64,000 bases of DNA, taken from assembly GCA_951406725.2 (NCBI GenBank), contig OX597814.1, forward strand, positions 37,820,001 through 37,884,000, read 5' to 3'. The stretch comes from Octopus vulgaris (taxonomy: Eukaryota). Shown here in pieces: positions 38,184 through 51,629 of the stretch. A program made the translations under genes and the position numbers. Positions within the stretch are counted from its first letter, which is position 1. Every line of letters starts with the position of its first letter. Below the pieces are notes generated by a model. That model was not told the DNA's origin. It made no database searches and saw only the letters and a program-made list of their open reading frames with translations.

Positions 38184-40288
38184 AAAAATAAATTTTTGTA
38201 TTCATAAATATTATTGTACATATGTATCATTTGAGCGCAAAATGAAGGATTCGATAAATATCGAGGAAATGTATGAGCTGAAGGAAATGTTCAGGTAGAT
38301 ATGTTTGAGAAATATTTTATATATTGATGCCTTCTCTAGAAGATGACGTAAAATGCAACTGCGAGAAGAGAAACAATGGTTTTACAACGATTGGCTATTA
38401 CTTGAAAATGCGGATATCTCGGAATTTAAAAACTAAATTATAGGTATAAATGGGTATGTGCAGCGAATACGTTGATTCGGGTTTGTTTAAGTGTGAATGT
38501 GCATGATACCACTTGCAGGTACAACATAATGTTACTTAGAGCTACTTGAAACATCATAATAAGTTTAAAGTATATCATTGCTGTATGTGAAAACATAAGT
38601 TTGCCTCTGGATTTCTAGCGATGTTAGTGGGCCAACGAGTGAGAATCGAACAGCTTATTAAACGTAGTTCCTGCAAATAATTTGAGCGCTTAATTATATG
38701 CTCTTTGTCCGAGTAAGTGTGAGGTGTGTACTGGCATCAGTGATATGTATGTAACTTGAACTGACATGTATTAAAAACACAACAAATGTTTGTCAAACAC
38801 ATACAAGAAGTTATTTTCTTTGATAGGGAATTCAACATACGAGAAGCACATGTCGCTTACGTTCTGTTCAGACCGTGTTTAAGTGTGAAATTATTAGAAA
38901 CAATGAGACGTAGAAGCATTTATACATGCGTATGTGTAGATTTTGTATCGTGCCTGTAAGTAGTTTGTTAAAATACACAAGGAGCATAATAAGATATACA
39001 TTGCAAACCTTAACACGTCGGTTGGATATAACCTGTAGAAGCAGATTCATATATATTCATATACTGTTTTAAGCACGCTGAATAGAAGCTACACGGTCAA
39101 AAGTAAGATATAGTTTATAGACTATAAGCTATTAACTGAAGATTTTCACGAGACATGCGGCTGAATTTTTTTTCTGGTGTTATTTCTAAAGATATTACTT
39201 CTGACAAAGTTCTCTATGGCATTGGATCATTCCAAAATGGCAGATAAAATCTCATACGTTGCAGATGAGATTCTACATAAGTAGTTATGAAAAACGTTTA
39301 TAGACTGAAGGGTATATCGAAGAGCCTTATAAGAAGATACATCTCTTTGCATTTACATCAACGGAAATTTGTGTGATGGTGTTTGACTCTATAAAATATC
39401 TGCTGCAAGCTTCCAATAAACGGGACTCAATCATGCAGATCAACGGAGGAAATCCTATAATTTATATATAAAAAAACATTTTAAATATTATTGATTCAGA
39501 AAGTATATGTCAGCATTCTATAAATTACATTACTGTAGTAATGGCTGCGATGTTACGTCAATCAGGACCTCCGTCCCAAAATGTGGCATCTTGAGAAAAA
39601 GCTAAAAGTTGGAATAGCTAAATTTTGATGAGTTTTGTATATGTTTTTTAATGATTCTGTGTATGATTGTGCGTACGAGTGTGTAGGTGTGATCAAGGGC
39701 TCATACCATTATTGATACTGAAATAATTGTGTTGGTTCAGCATAAAACTTTGTCCTTAGATGCCAAATGTTGAAGGTTGTTATTCCAAGAATGATAATTG
39801 ATGAAACGTAAAATTAGAGTGGAAGATATAAAAGATGAAAACGTTTAAATTTAATGCCGAATCGCCATTACAATAACAGAAGCTAGTGAAAGAATAAACT
39901 GATTTCAAACTGTTGTTTATCGTCTTATAGAAAAACATCTAATTACGATGATTTATATGAAGAGAAGAATCATAAATAGTTATGAAACGGATATCTTTGC
40001 GATAAGCGGATATATATTCTGCTCTACTTTCTCAAGCAGTGTTGATAGTTATTTTATGTTTAATTCATTGTTCAAGATTACAGAGACGAAAATCTTCCTA
40101 GGAATGAATTTTTATCTCTCCAAAATGCCATTGGCATAGATAAATAAACTAAACACTTATCTCTAACTTAAAATGCCATCAATATTATATATTTTTAATT
40201 CACACATTTTACAGGGGACATCCTTGAGCAATCGGTAATAAAAATGTTAAAATGTAAAGACATATAAGTTATGATATAAACTTAAAAT

Positions 40289-40380
<92 letters not shown>

Positions 40381-40712
40381 CAAGGTGGCTAGCAGTAACT
40401 TAAAACCGCTAAGAGTGACAAGCGTGCAGTGAACATCGCCACTGCTAGAAATAGGTGACGCAAACTTCTCAACACATTAAAGCACGTGGTCACTTGGTAT
40501 TGACAGGGGAGAAAAGCCACCCCACTGTGAACATGATGCATTAGATTATCATAATTTCGTATAGGATATTAATACTCATCAGTAATGCTCAGTCCATCAC
40601 AGCTGGCAGAGGCCAACTCAGCCTGTCAATATTATGGAGAATGTCATTGGAATCAGATGCTGATTTCACAAACTGTCAATGTGAAAATTATAAAGTAATC
40701 AAGGTGGCTAGC

Positions 40713-40840
40713 AGCAATTCAAAACCAACAAGGAAATTCACCGTTGATATATATAAACTGACGCAGAGTATTGTCGAGCAATTGAAAACCAACAAGGAAA
40801 TTCACCGTCGCTATATAAAAACTGACGCAGAATATTGTCA
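40713..40840. repeat. 64-bp tandem duplication (2 copies)
   Basis: agcaattcaaaaccaacaaggaaattcaccgt...aaactgacgcaga.tattgtc at 40713 and 40777. Confidence 0.9.
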
Positions 40841-41178
40841 AGGCCTACTTGAAAAAGCAAATAAAAAAAACAAGCAAAACTTTTACACGCATTCTATGCT
40901 GCAATGTGTTTTGTGAGCATGTGGATTGTACAAATTTTATCGGGTATGAAGAAGCAGGACATTTGATCGCAGTGTCTGAAAACGTATTTTGTTTAAAGAA
41001 ATCATACACATTGTAGTTTAACATTTGTTACTTGGCTGTTCTAAATTTATGGAAATATAGCCTATAATTTAAAGCTTTGTTATCAAAATTTTGAAAAAAA
41101 GTGACACTACCCTGATAGGTGACGCGTTGTGTGTAGGGCGATGAATAACTGATATGCTGTTTTATTCGTGGAGACTTA

Positions 41179-41179
<1 letters not shown>

Positions 41180-41244
<65 letters not shown>

Positions 41245-41274
41245 ATATCTATCTATCTATCTATCTATCTATCA

Positions 41275-41311
<37 letters not shown>

Positions 41312-41314
41312 CCT

Positions 41315-41359
<45 letters not shown>
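41180..41359. repeat. (TATC)n(CA)n(TA)n
   Basis: direct sequence. Confidence 0.95.
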
Positions 41360-41544
41360 GTCCACTCTTGATAGATCACTAGACACTACGCTATTTATTT
41401 TCTCAACTTGTTTCTTTATGTGTTCCTTTGTGTGGAAGAGCGTAGGGTCGAAACGTTAACGACTTTTTCCCTTCCCGTGCGTTAAACTAGTACGTGTTTG
41501 TTGTCTACACCATCTGTCTCCCTTTTTTGTGTGTATTCTCCCCC

Positions 41545-41547
<3 letters not shown>
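41358..41547 (+). mobile_element. short Penelope-pLTR-like repeat (copy B) between (TA)n tracts
   Basis: Paralogue of 21352-21543; contains gaagagcgtagggtcgaaacgtt. Confidence 0.6.
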
Positions 41548-41609
<62 letters not shown>

Positions 41610-41654
41610 GACATTTAAGAAAATAAGTATTTGATAAAGAATTAATTAATTAAA

Positions 41655-42740
41655 TTTACGGAAATACGACGTGCACTATAATAATAATTTTAAGATTTTG
41701 TATAATCTTAATTCGTAAATACCTTGTAAGATGCACATACGGCTGTTTATGGCTGGCCATAATTATCCTGTCCACTATGCAATAGGACATCGACGTCTTG
41801 CTGTGGTTCAGTGACTTGAACAGGCTGATCAAGATGGGGGACTCCACTACATGCAGTGTTAGCATTTTGTCCACAACCCTACGATCCTTCTATCCACCAT
41901 AGACTGGCGGACGCCAACGCCAGCAGTTTGGGAAAACGCCTCAGCAATGCTTAGTTGGCGTGCTTTCTTTGCATATGGTTGCGACGTCTGGCTGCTGGCC
42001 CTGCTAACATAGTATTGCGTTTCCCAAGGAAAGATTTGGCCATAACCCTCTGCTCAAATTGGATGCCATACACTGGGTGCTTCCTGTTGACATGCAATTT
42101 AAAGTTTATAAATCTTCGCCGCTTGTCCCTTAATGGTGGTCAATTTGAGCTGGCACATGAGGCACCGGAAACACAAGATTTTTGCGTCCCTCTTTTCCCT
42201 TAACGTAAGAACAAAATGGTCCCCCAGGTAGAGCCACGATTTCTGCGAAACACGGCTCTGAACCTGAGCGAAAACTGCCTCAAACACACCTTTTGCAGAC
42301 TCCTTAATAGGTTCTTCATCCTCAATCCGAAAAAAAGCGGCTTCACCTTCCATAGCTATAAGCTATAACGTGATAAGCCGATAGAGTGCACTGCAGTCAC
42401 TGACATTGTAAGAATGTCTGTAATATGACAATGTCGTAAATGTACAGAAGTCGAAACTGCAGAATTGCACAATGCTGCTTAGTTACCTGCTGCTGCGTCG
42501 ACCAATCACGTCTAGCCACGTATACACTTAGTCAGCGTACCCGATGGTCTGCAAGGCACGGCCACAACAGACAGGAACAAATGTATGAATTTTGTTAGCT
42601 AGCTTAAAGTTAGCTTAACCAATGGGTTCGCTAAGCTAATTGATCTGCTAAGGGTTTCCAAAGTTAGCAAAAACGCTAATCCGCTAAAGGAAAAGTTAGC
42701 TTCGCTAATTAGCTGTAAGCGGAACCGTGCCCACCATTGA
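41655..42740 (-). mobile_element. hAT (Ac-like) transposon 5' part with BED zinc-finger remnant
   Basis: Terminus caatggtgggcacggttccgc with many subterminal GCTAA/TTAGC motifs (42595-42720); ORF 42099-42353 SWLYLGDHF..FRCLMCQ.K continues in another frame as KLHVNRKHP; ORF 41656-41874 MLTLHVVESP. Confidence 0.75.
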
Positions 42741-43020
42741 TAATTTCAAATTCAGTAGATTTTCTTAATCTTACGAGATTATCTCTTCCAATGAAGTGTA
42801 AGACATTAAAAAAATATATATTTCACTTATGATTTGAATGAAATTTTACTGTTTTCTTCGATTCTAAATTTGTTAGAATTAATATTTCGCTTGCTTTTCC
42901 ATATATCATTTGGAATACATTATTGTTTGAAATGGTGATCTAATTTTCATAGTAACATCAACACATAATAGATGTGTGCGTGCGTGTATATATGCATGTG
43001 TCTGTGTGTCAGTGTATGTA

Positions 43021-43061
<41 letters not shown>

Positions 43062-43064
43062 TGC

Positions 43065-43137
<73 letters not shown>

Positions 43138-43251
43138 CAATAAAGATTCAAGTTAATTTAAATGAATTTACTTGAATATGGTACCTAACTTAGATGCACC
43201 AAAAAAAAAACTATACTGATTTAACAATACAGTAATGTGGGGTGATTATAA

Positions 43252-44123
43252 GCGAGAATGAAGCAACAAGAATGGATAGGTTTTTAGTACAATCGTTTCA
43301 TACAAGGACAGGTTTTATTAAAAGTTGCAAAAATTACAGCATATAAACGTGTCCCGTACTCATCAGCTAAAATACATGTGAGTTCTCTAGACATCCTAGT
43401 GGTTGAGGCTATACTCATGAAGAAATGTAGATAATTAAGTAACATAAACAGATTTCAAAAGTTCATTAAAGTTCTTTAAATATGATGTACAGTCTTATCA
43501 CAGAATTTTAAAAAAGTCTTAATAGCATCACAGAGAAGGTGACCTAATCCATAGTGCACATATGAATTTCCAGAGATATGATGAGGGATTACATACTCAC
43601 AGAAGACAAATTTATCCATTGTTAATTACAACGAGTTGGGTTTCAATTCCTGCTTATTAGCATTACAGAGAGGGTGAATTAATCCTTTGTATAGATGCAC
43701 AATTTCCAATGGTGTAGGTGTAAATTTCCAAGGAATTTCATATTCACAGGCGATAAATTTATCAATGGTTGAACACAATGAGGTAGGTATCAATTCTTGC
43801 TATATGATTAGGTATTTTTTAAAATATGATTAGGTATATTAGGCTATATGATTAGGTATTTTTTAAAATTCTGTGATAAGACTGTACATCATCTTTAAAG
43901 AACTTTAATGAACTTTTGAAATCTGTTTATGTTACTTAATTATCTACATTACTTCATGAGTATAGCCTCAACCACTAGGATGTCTAGAGAACTCACATGT
44001 ATTTTAGCTGATGAGTACGGGACACGTTTATATGCTGTAATTTTTGCAACTTTTAATAAAACCTGTCCTTGTATGAAACGATTGTACTAAAAAACCTATC
44101 CATTCTTGTTGCTTCATTCTCGC
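43252..44123. repeat. ~264-bp near-perfect inverted repeat around a Penelope-like 3' fragment
   Basis: 43252-43515 vs reverse complement of 43859-44123: 2 substitutions and one 1-bp indel by manual comparison; spacer has GIY-YIG C-terminal-like remnants on the minus strand. Confidence 0.9.
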
Positions 44124-44124
44124 G

Positions 44125-44176
<52 letters not shown>

Positions 44177-44186
44177 ATATTTGCAG

Positions 44187-44226
<40 letters not shown>

Positions 44227-44399
44227 GTACACACACGGACACACACATATGTGTGTGGGTGTGTATGTGTGCAGAAATCCTTGGATAATGTAAATTACTC
44301 GCACATTTCCATATATTAAAATTGTCTTACCGTGTATAATGCTATTTATTATACGTATGCATAGCATGAAATCTTGCAGGGGAATATTGACCAAGAAAG

Positions 44400-44510
44400 C
44401 ATAAAACGCAAGGGTGATCTTGGTGTCATCTGAAATCAGAACACAAAGACCCTACAGAAATTTCTCTTAGCGTTTTGTCCGGTGCGCAACTATTCTGCCA
44501 GCTCGCATTC
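44400..44510 (-). mobile_element. SINE 5' fragment (diverged)
   Basis: Reverse complement gcgagctggcagaatagttgcgcaccggacaaaacgctaag; same head as 36025 and 51155. Confidence 0.6.
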
Positions 44511-44779
44511 GTTATAATTACAATAATACTAATGACAATAATAAAACGATTACCACAATAATGTTTGTATTATTTAACCCAAGATCAGACAAACCATGGA
44601 CGACAGAATAGGCTGTATGGGATGACTAATAGTTATGATCGACTAAGCCCTCCTACCAAAAAAATAAAGAAGAAAAAATCACAAAACCCTTTCATGATCC
44701 AAGATTGGAATAAGTATTACGAAATACAGTTGTTTCTCTTGAAACCATGTGCTCAGCTTCCCAATACCCTCCGACTTAA

Positions 44780-45720
44780 AGAACGGTACGCAGTTTAGCG
44801 GCTGCATCTGGACCTGCAATCTGACCATCCTAAAATTCAGGTGTCACTTATAGACGTCACCTCTTTGTGCAGTGATTTGATATGTTTAATGAGCTGGCCA
44901 TGCTTTTAAAGCGACTCTACGTATTATTTATTCTCACTGCCTATCCTGTGTAAGGTCATGTTCTAAATAATGTGTTAAGTTTGAAGTGACAACTTACTCC
45001 CCTGAAAACATAGGGAATCTTATCTTTCGGGTAATTGGAGGTTTTCCAACAGTAATATATTTGTAAATACATACTTCAACTGTCAGTCGAAAATTTCTAG
45101 TTCTCACAGGATAATATGTTTCTACAAATCCGTACATTTCGTTGGTTATGAGATTTTGCGTGCATCGGTGTTATTCATTAACGCAATGTTGCTGCTGAAC
45201 ATGTTTCTTTAAACCGTAGCTGCTTCTGTTGATTATAACACTTTGTGTGTGCTACATTTAGATTTTTTTCTTTGCGTGTAGATTAAATTCCATTTGTATT
45301 CTTGCGGTGTTTCCAATGTTAGTTGGTTGTTGCCGTGCTCGATTTGAGGCTGATGTTACATTGTATGAAATAAGAGCTAAAAGTCACTTCGTTGAACATG
45401 AGTTTCCATCACAAAGTATCCATTGCTATATTTTATAGTTGCATTTTTTTTAGTGCACCTATTCGTGGATACTACAAATTTACTGTGGGGTGTCCTCACC
45501 CATCATATTTAATAATTTATCTTTATAATTGACAACGCAAATCTTCATAATTTTTGGAAACATCTTGTATTTGACGTGTGTTATTCTCAAAAGCTCTTAT
45601 AACTAGTCGTGAAAGCTGGTCAGGTTACTTTCTGACTTTCAACACATATATGTCGTTCCATTTCTCTAAAATATTTTTGTTTCGTGAGATCTGGTTCGTG
45701 TGCCTACCCCATATTGCATG
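44780..45720 (-). mobile_element. highly degenerate LINE (RTE-like) relic
   Basis: Faint RT-like remnants on the minus strand (F.D...AFE.I; RR...AW.AH). Confidence 0.3.
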
Positions 45721-48511
45721 TGATGTGATAAACAACTATAAATAAGGAATTATAACATGGAATTTTACATATAACCCCTTTATTTTACCTAAAGTAAATA
45801 TAAGGCACGTTACGCATATGATCAAAGTTGCCGAGAGATATTTTTTATACGTTGTTATATTTTGAATGCCTTTCAACATGTTTAAATGTTATATCAAAGG
45901 TGTTTTTAAAACTGTCCCCGAAGGGCATGTTTTGCATTCAGTAAATAGTTTATATAATCCCATGCATTTATGCTTCAGTTTAGCTCTGTATCAATGTATT
46001 AAAAAGCCTCCGTTATTCGTTCTCTTAGAACAACGATAGTTACCAATAGTAATCGACGATAAGTTCGCCGTAATCTTCATACATAGAAGCAATCGTAATA
46101 GAACAATGGTTTCCTTTCGAGCAAAATTATATTGCACTGTTGTTGGCTCAAGCGGAATATACATTAAAGCTTACGGCAAATTTCTAGGGATAGAAGAATA
46201 AAATTTTACAATATAAAAATTGATTTGTGTGAAATCGTTTTTGTCTAAGATATTATTAATTTGCGTGATATTGGTGACACTGAAATTTTATTCGTTTAGA
46301 CTCCCAACTCGCCTTATTTGTGAGGGTATTGAAAACAATAAATAAGTTCTGATAACAACTCGTTCAGTATTTTTGACGGAGTGGTGAAGATAGCAAAAGC
46401 TATCTTTATTTTCTGCAAGAGAAACAGTTTACGTGCTGTGAGACGCTTGAAAAATGTCGTCTATATATAAATTCATAAGTAATTATTTTGTCTCGCCATT
46501 TGAAATATTTCGTATGCTTGTAATAGCATTTAACAGATAATATTTGTTTTGTCTAAAAGTAGTATATGCGCATTTCTTTTTTAAATCATATCACGCACTA
46601 AATTTAATTAAGTCTTCCACATACGTTACCGGTTACTTTGTTTGGAAGTAAACCGATGTTCTTACTGAAATTGAATTTCTATGTAGGTAAGTAGCACAAA
46701 TATTTTTCGATGATGAATACCTTGCCTCTCATATATATTATTAATATCCTGTCTTCGATACATTTTTTGCTTAATTCCCTCGTTAGCGTGAGTATGATTA
46801 GGAATTTCTATTATTCAATATGAAGAGGCCCATTTAATTTAGTAAGTAGCGGCGGGATGCTCAACGGGATTTACATATTATAATAGTAGCAAGATATAAA
46901 TATAATGAAGAATTTGTATAGTGGGCTTCATTTACAAATTGAGACATGAGCACTAAAATTCTAAACCAAATATAGAGCAAATGACAAATTGCATATGGTG
47001 TAGAAATACATTCATTTATTTGTAAGTGAGCAATGCATTACTGATAAGTTGAACCTACATAAAAAAGACGAAGAACTTAACTTTAACTATAAAACATGAA
47101 TATTTAAGTTTTATGACTAAGGGGTGAAACAAAATATATTTACTAAAATGTATGTACGGAATATCAAGCATAATGTTTAAACGTATATAACCATATACAC
47201 AAACAATCAGTCACAAGCACACAAACACACAAACCCACATACACACACACGCACACAAGCACAGAGGAGCATAACTACAAATGTACATACATACTTGTAT
47301 GTATACTACGTTAGAATGTATCTGTCAGTATACATATCTATGTAAGCCTATGTACATCTAAGCATAAAACTATATATGTAATGCAAACAAAAGCTATTAC
47401 GTGAAGATACTACACAGAAACTCTCATATGAGTGTCCAAGCATGCGTAAGGAATGCATACAATGATATCTTCTGGTGATTGATGAGGGTGCAGACAAAAT
47501 AAATTAAGAAATATAAAAAGAATGACTGTATAGTTCGCAAAGCAAAAAGGTGCGGCTTCTTATACGTAGTGCTATCCGAGACAAACTTGTTTCTAGAGAA
47601 AAATCATTTCAATACTATTCTATGCACTAAATATTTATCTGTTCAATTTATTCAGATGTAACTGGAACAATTGGATGTCTAGAACATACCTTGTAGGCAT
47701 AGATAGGAATCTATGCACATTAATAACCGTTACATATAGGAATGTAGGTGTTTAAAGGATAAGCAGGGCAAATATATGTACTACAAATAGCGCGTCGTTA
47801 ATGGGACATAACCACGAATCTTTGAAGCTATCAGTAATGAATCACAGAAAATATGAACCAAAATTTAAGCTACAAGATACAGGAAAACCTCAAATATCCC
47901 CAAGTGAAGTGTGTAACGTGTTCCTGACAAGCTGAATATGTTTAAAATGTATTAAGAGGTGCATTTAAACTATACACAATGATGACTGATTACAGAGTTT
48001 AATTTCTAAAGGGGTTGACAATAAATGGCTGACCATCAAAACTTCTCTCAACTGCAAAGTCCAATATCTGGAAAGGAAACAGTTTTTAGATCATACTCCT
48101 TATGTTATATTCATTTATTAATTTAGGCACCGAGATGTTTGTTTGGCACAAAAGTTTAATACTTCCATCCCATTTGAAAATTAATATTTTCCTATAATTG
48201 TTTATGAAAACCTCATGCTTATAGTTTCATTATCGTTTAGTAACGACCAATACAGAAATAGGGTGGTTACGTATCGGTGCAGATTTATATAATATGTAGC
48301 GGGTTATGTTTTCTACTTTGCAATGTCAATAAGTACCCTAGCGTTTGACACGCGTGCAGTGGTGTTTTTGCTAGTTTTTCCTTCTCGTTTATTACGCACA
48401 CACTCAAACACAAACGCACATGGACACGCGTATATAAACTCACACAAACACGCACACATATGTAAGTAGGTACTATGTATATACATTTATATACACATAG
48501 ACAGACAGACA

Positions 48512-48512
48512 A

Positions 48513-48557
<45 letters not shown>

Positions 48558-48613
48558 GAGATAGATAGATAGATAGAGAGATAGATAGATATAGATAGAT
48601 AGATAGATATACT

Positions 48614-48657
<44 letters not shown>

Positions 48658-48658
48658 T

Positions 48659-48737
<79 letters not shown>
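48512..48737. repeat. (GATA)n
   Basis: direct sequence. Confidence 0.95.
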
Positions 48738-49466
48738 CACATATTCACAAATATATACATATCTATAAACGGTCTGAAATATTAAAATCCAATCTTTCAA
48801 GCACGGATGGAATAAATTAGCGAGCCAATAGTTGGTTTATAAAATTTATAGCTAGTGCTTGTTATACTGAGAGGAACCATGGACAACCACACCATTTGTA
48901 GCATCATATCATATGTTTGATTTTTAATATATTTCATAAACATTACCATAAATATATCTGACGAAAACTATGTTATAGTACTTAGTGGAAAATGCAAATT
49001 TTATAGCTTTAAACTGATGTTTAAAAGCAAAGTAACATCGATAAAAAGATGGTGAATGAGGTGGACTAGTGACGCTGAGGTGGAAAGAACGATAGAAGGA
49101 AATTTAAGATCAAGAATGCGAAGATATAAGTCAAATTGGTAGCGAGAGATTGGGGAATACATACATATCGATAAATGTTTAAAATGTTTTAAATGATATA
49201 CGGATTTAGACATTTAAGATAAGACTTGTTAAGACAAATTATAAATTTAGCTTTCAGGAAAATATTAAGAAAGAAAATACGAAGAAGAAAGAAGAAAATT
49301 GTGGTAGATTACATTTTCGTGGCCTGGATATTGTTTAAGCATCCAAACGTGTTGACAAGATGGAAGTTTCTAAAATAATGTAATGTACTAAAAATTGTTT
49401 ATAAAAGAATTGGAATATAAAGTGAAGAAGAATATATAGTAAAGTAGAAAATTAAAGAAGGATAGC

Positions 49467-50100
49467 TGTGGTAGTAGTTGCTTTGAGCATTTCTCAATAT
49501 GTTCATTACAGCGTATCATTCTGTATTCTGGGAATGCAATATGTTGTCGATTGCATTCCCAGAATACAACAGATTGCATTCCCAGAATAGAGAATGATAT
49601 CCTTTAGTGAGCATATTGAGAAATGCGCAAAGCAACTACTACCACAAATTTTAATTTTTCCATTCTATCAATGTGCTATTGGAACCCCAACACAGATTAA
49701 ACAAGGAAACATTCTTCATTGAAAAATATAAACAAAAACTTAACCATTTCTAACATTTTTATACAAGGAAATTCGTCTAATTGAAAAAATATATTATCTC
49801 TCTTATACCGATTATCTCTCTTATACCGGAAGAAATTCCTGATTACCTTCCCTGCCTGGAACTCACTTCATAGCGAAGACACGACACAATGTAGGTAAAG
49901 AAATTTGAGAAATTTGAAAAGAAAATGCGAAACCGGTTATTTCTCCAAAAACTATGTTACTATACACAAAGTTTTATAACATTTTTCTAACGTAACGACT
50001 TAATTATACTCTTTAACCTAATAACACAATTCTTCTGGAGTTTTTTCACTCCTTTTTTTTATTTTTTTATACATCCAACCACACACCAACCTTCTCCCCT
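49467..50100 (+). mobile_element. Penelope-like element 3' fragment (GIY-YIG C-terminus plus pLTR) with a 5' inverted copy
   Basis: QQIAFPE.RMISFSEHIEKCAKQLLPQ..FPFYQC..LNKETFFIEKYKQKLN at 49566-49745; inverted copy at 49467-49547; gcgaaaccggt at 49927-49937. Confidence 0.7.
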
Positions 50101-50124
50101 ATATATATATACTTCTATTCTTTT

Positions 50125-50275
50125 ATTCCTTTATTTGTTTCAGTCATTTGACAGCGGCCATGCTGAAGCGTCGTCTGTAGTTGAACAAATGGTCCACAGG
50201 GCTTATTCTTTGTATACCTTATACTTATTCCATCGGTCTTTTGCCCAACGTCTAGACTATGGGGAAGTAAATTCA
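50125..50275 (-). mobile_element. SINE 3' part with CR1-type tail
   Basis: tttatttgtttcagtcatttgacagcggccatgctg is the reverse of the cagcatggcc.cagctc..ctgaaac tail at 28920-28948. Confidence 0.6.
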
Positions 50276-50459
50276 TTCAGAGAGGGGTATCACAGGCACA
50301 TGAACACACACACAAACACACACACACGCACATACAAACACATATATAATCGAATTATGAAACACCATCAGAGCAGAAACTTAACTGACATATAAGTGAA
50401 AAAAGAAGAAGAAAAAAAGAGAGAAAGTGAGAACGGTGATAATTAATTGTTACTACATG

Positions 50460-50960
50460 CTGACAATCTGTGAAACTTTCGACCCATTGGAAATTAAAAG
50501 AGGAATAAGGGGTAGTTATAAAATTAAGTGTTAAATTCCTATATACGGAGGTGGGGTGGCAGGCGTATATAGGAAGGAACACACAAGGTCAAATACAACT
50601 TTAAAAACGCGATAAACAATAATAATTATTATATTGATATTAATAATAATATTAATATGGAAAGCCATACGCACAAGAAGCAGGCAATTATTTACCTGCG
50701 TTCGAAAACGAAGCAGATTACTATGTGTGTGGTGCAGTTGTAACACGAAGATGAAATGAAGGCAAGGATAAGGACAACATTCTCTAGCTTTAACAAGGAG
50801 ATCGTCCAGAGTAGTTGCAGGAGCTTTCGAATTCGTCAGGAAGCTGTGGCTGAAGACAAGGACGATTTTATTGAATAGATTTACTCTTTATTATTTGAAG
50901 ATATTTTTATGTAATTCTGATAAATATATCTGTTAAAATGGGGTGTCAGTTTCATTTTCA
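50460..50960 (+). mobile_element. internally deleted maT/Tc1-like element
   Basis: NTKMK..ARIRTTFSSFNKEIVQSSCRSFRIRQEAVAEDKDDFIE* resembles the C-terminus of the 13.7-14.3 kb relic. Confidence 0.55.
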
Positions 50961-51099
50961 TTTTTGCGTAATTTATATTACTATATATTCATCGCAGCAT
51001 GTATATGTGTATTAATATGTCTTTATGTGTTTCTGTTTGTTTTTGTGTGTATGAATGTGTTTGTATGATAGTCTGTGTGCGTGTATGTTTGAGTGTGTA

Positions 51100-51136
<37 letters not shown>

Positions 51137-51154
51137 TGGGGTGTCTGTGTGTAT

Positions 51155-51345
51155 AAGCCGAGCTGGTAGCATCGTGAACATGCCGGGTAAAAAGATTTGC
51201 CGTAATTCGTCCGTCATGCAATTCAGACTTAAAATACAAACGAAGTGGTCTTTGCCCTTGAGCCTTTCGGGGAGGATTAATTAAGTATACGCTAATCGCT
51301 GGGCGTCGATAAATATCCCGAAATTATTGGCCAGAGAGCCAAAGT
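51155..51345 (+). mobile_element. tRNA-related SINE (diverged)
   Basis: aagccgagctggtagcatcgt..atgccgggtaaaa..tttgccctt..cctttcgggg; colinear with the 36025 copy. Confidence 0.65.
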
Positions 51346-51563
51346 TTAAAACCTTTCTCTGTCTATGAAGAAGACTTCACCTAGCAAATTATTTTATTTG
51401 CTATTTAAAAGAGTGAAACCATTGCTCCAGGACTGAGACGGTGAATGGTTTTATTTTTCATTCCCTTCGAAACTTAATCCCTAATAGTGGTTTGGCATTT
51501 AACTGTTCTCTCTAGCGTGAAACTAGTCCTATCATGGATAGCACTTACGTTTTTAAGTGTACA

Positions 51564-51629
<66 letters not shown>

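Noticed and set aside
41656-42353. Domesticated ZBED host gene
   Set aside because: The reading frame is broken and truncated, and it retains a transposon terminus with subterminal repeats.
49870-49940. Hammerhead in the Penelope fragment (gcgaaga...gcgaaaccggt)
   Set aside because: The GAAA plus palindromic ACCGGT end is suggestive, but stems I and II could not be paired.
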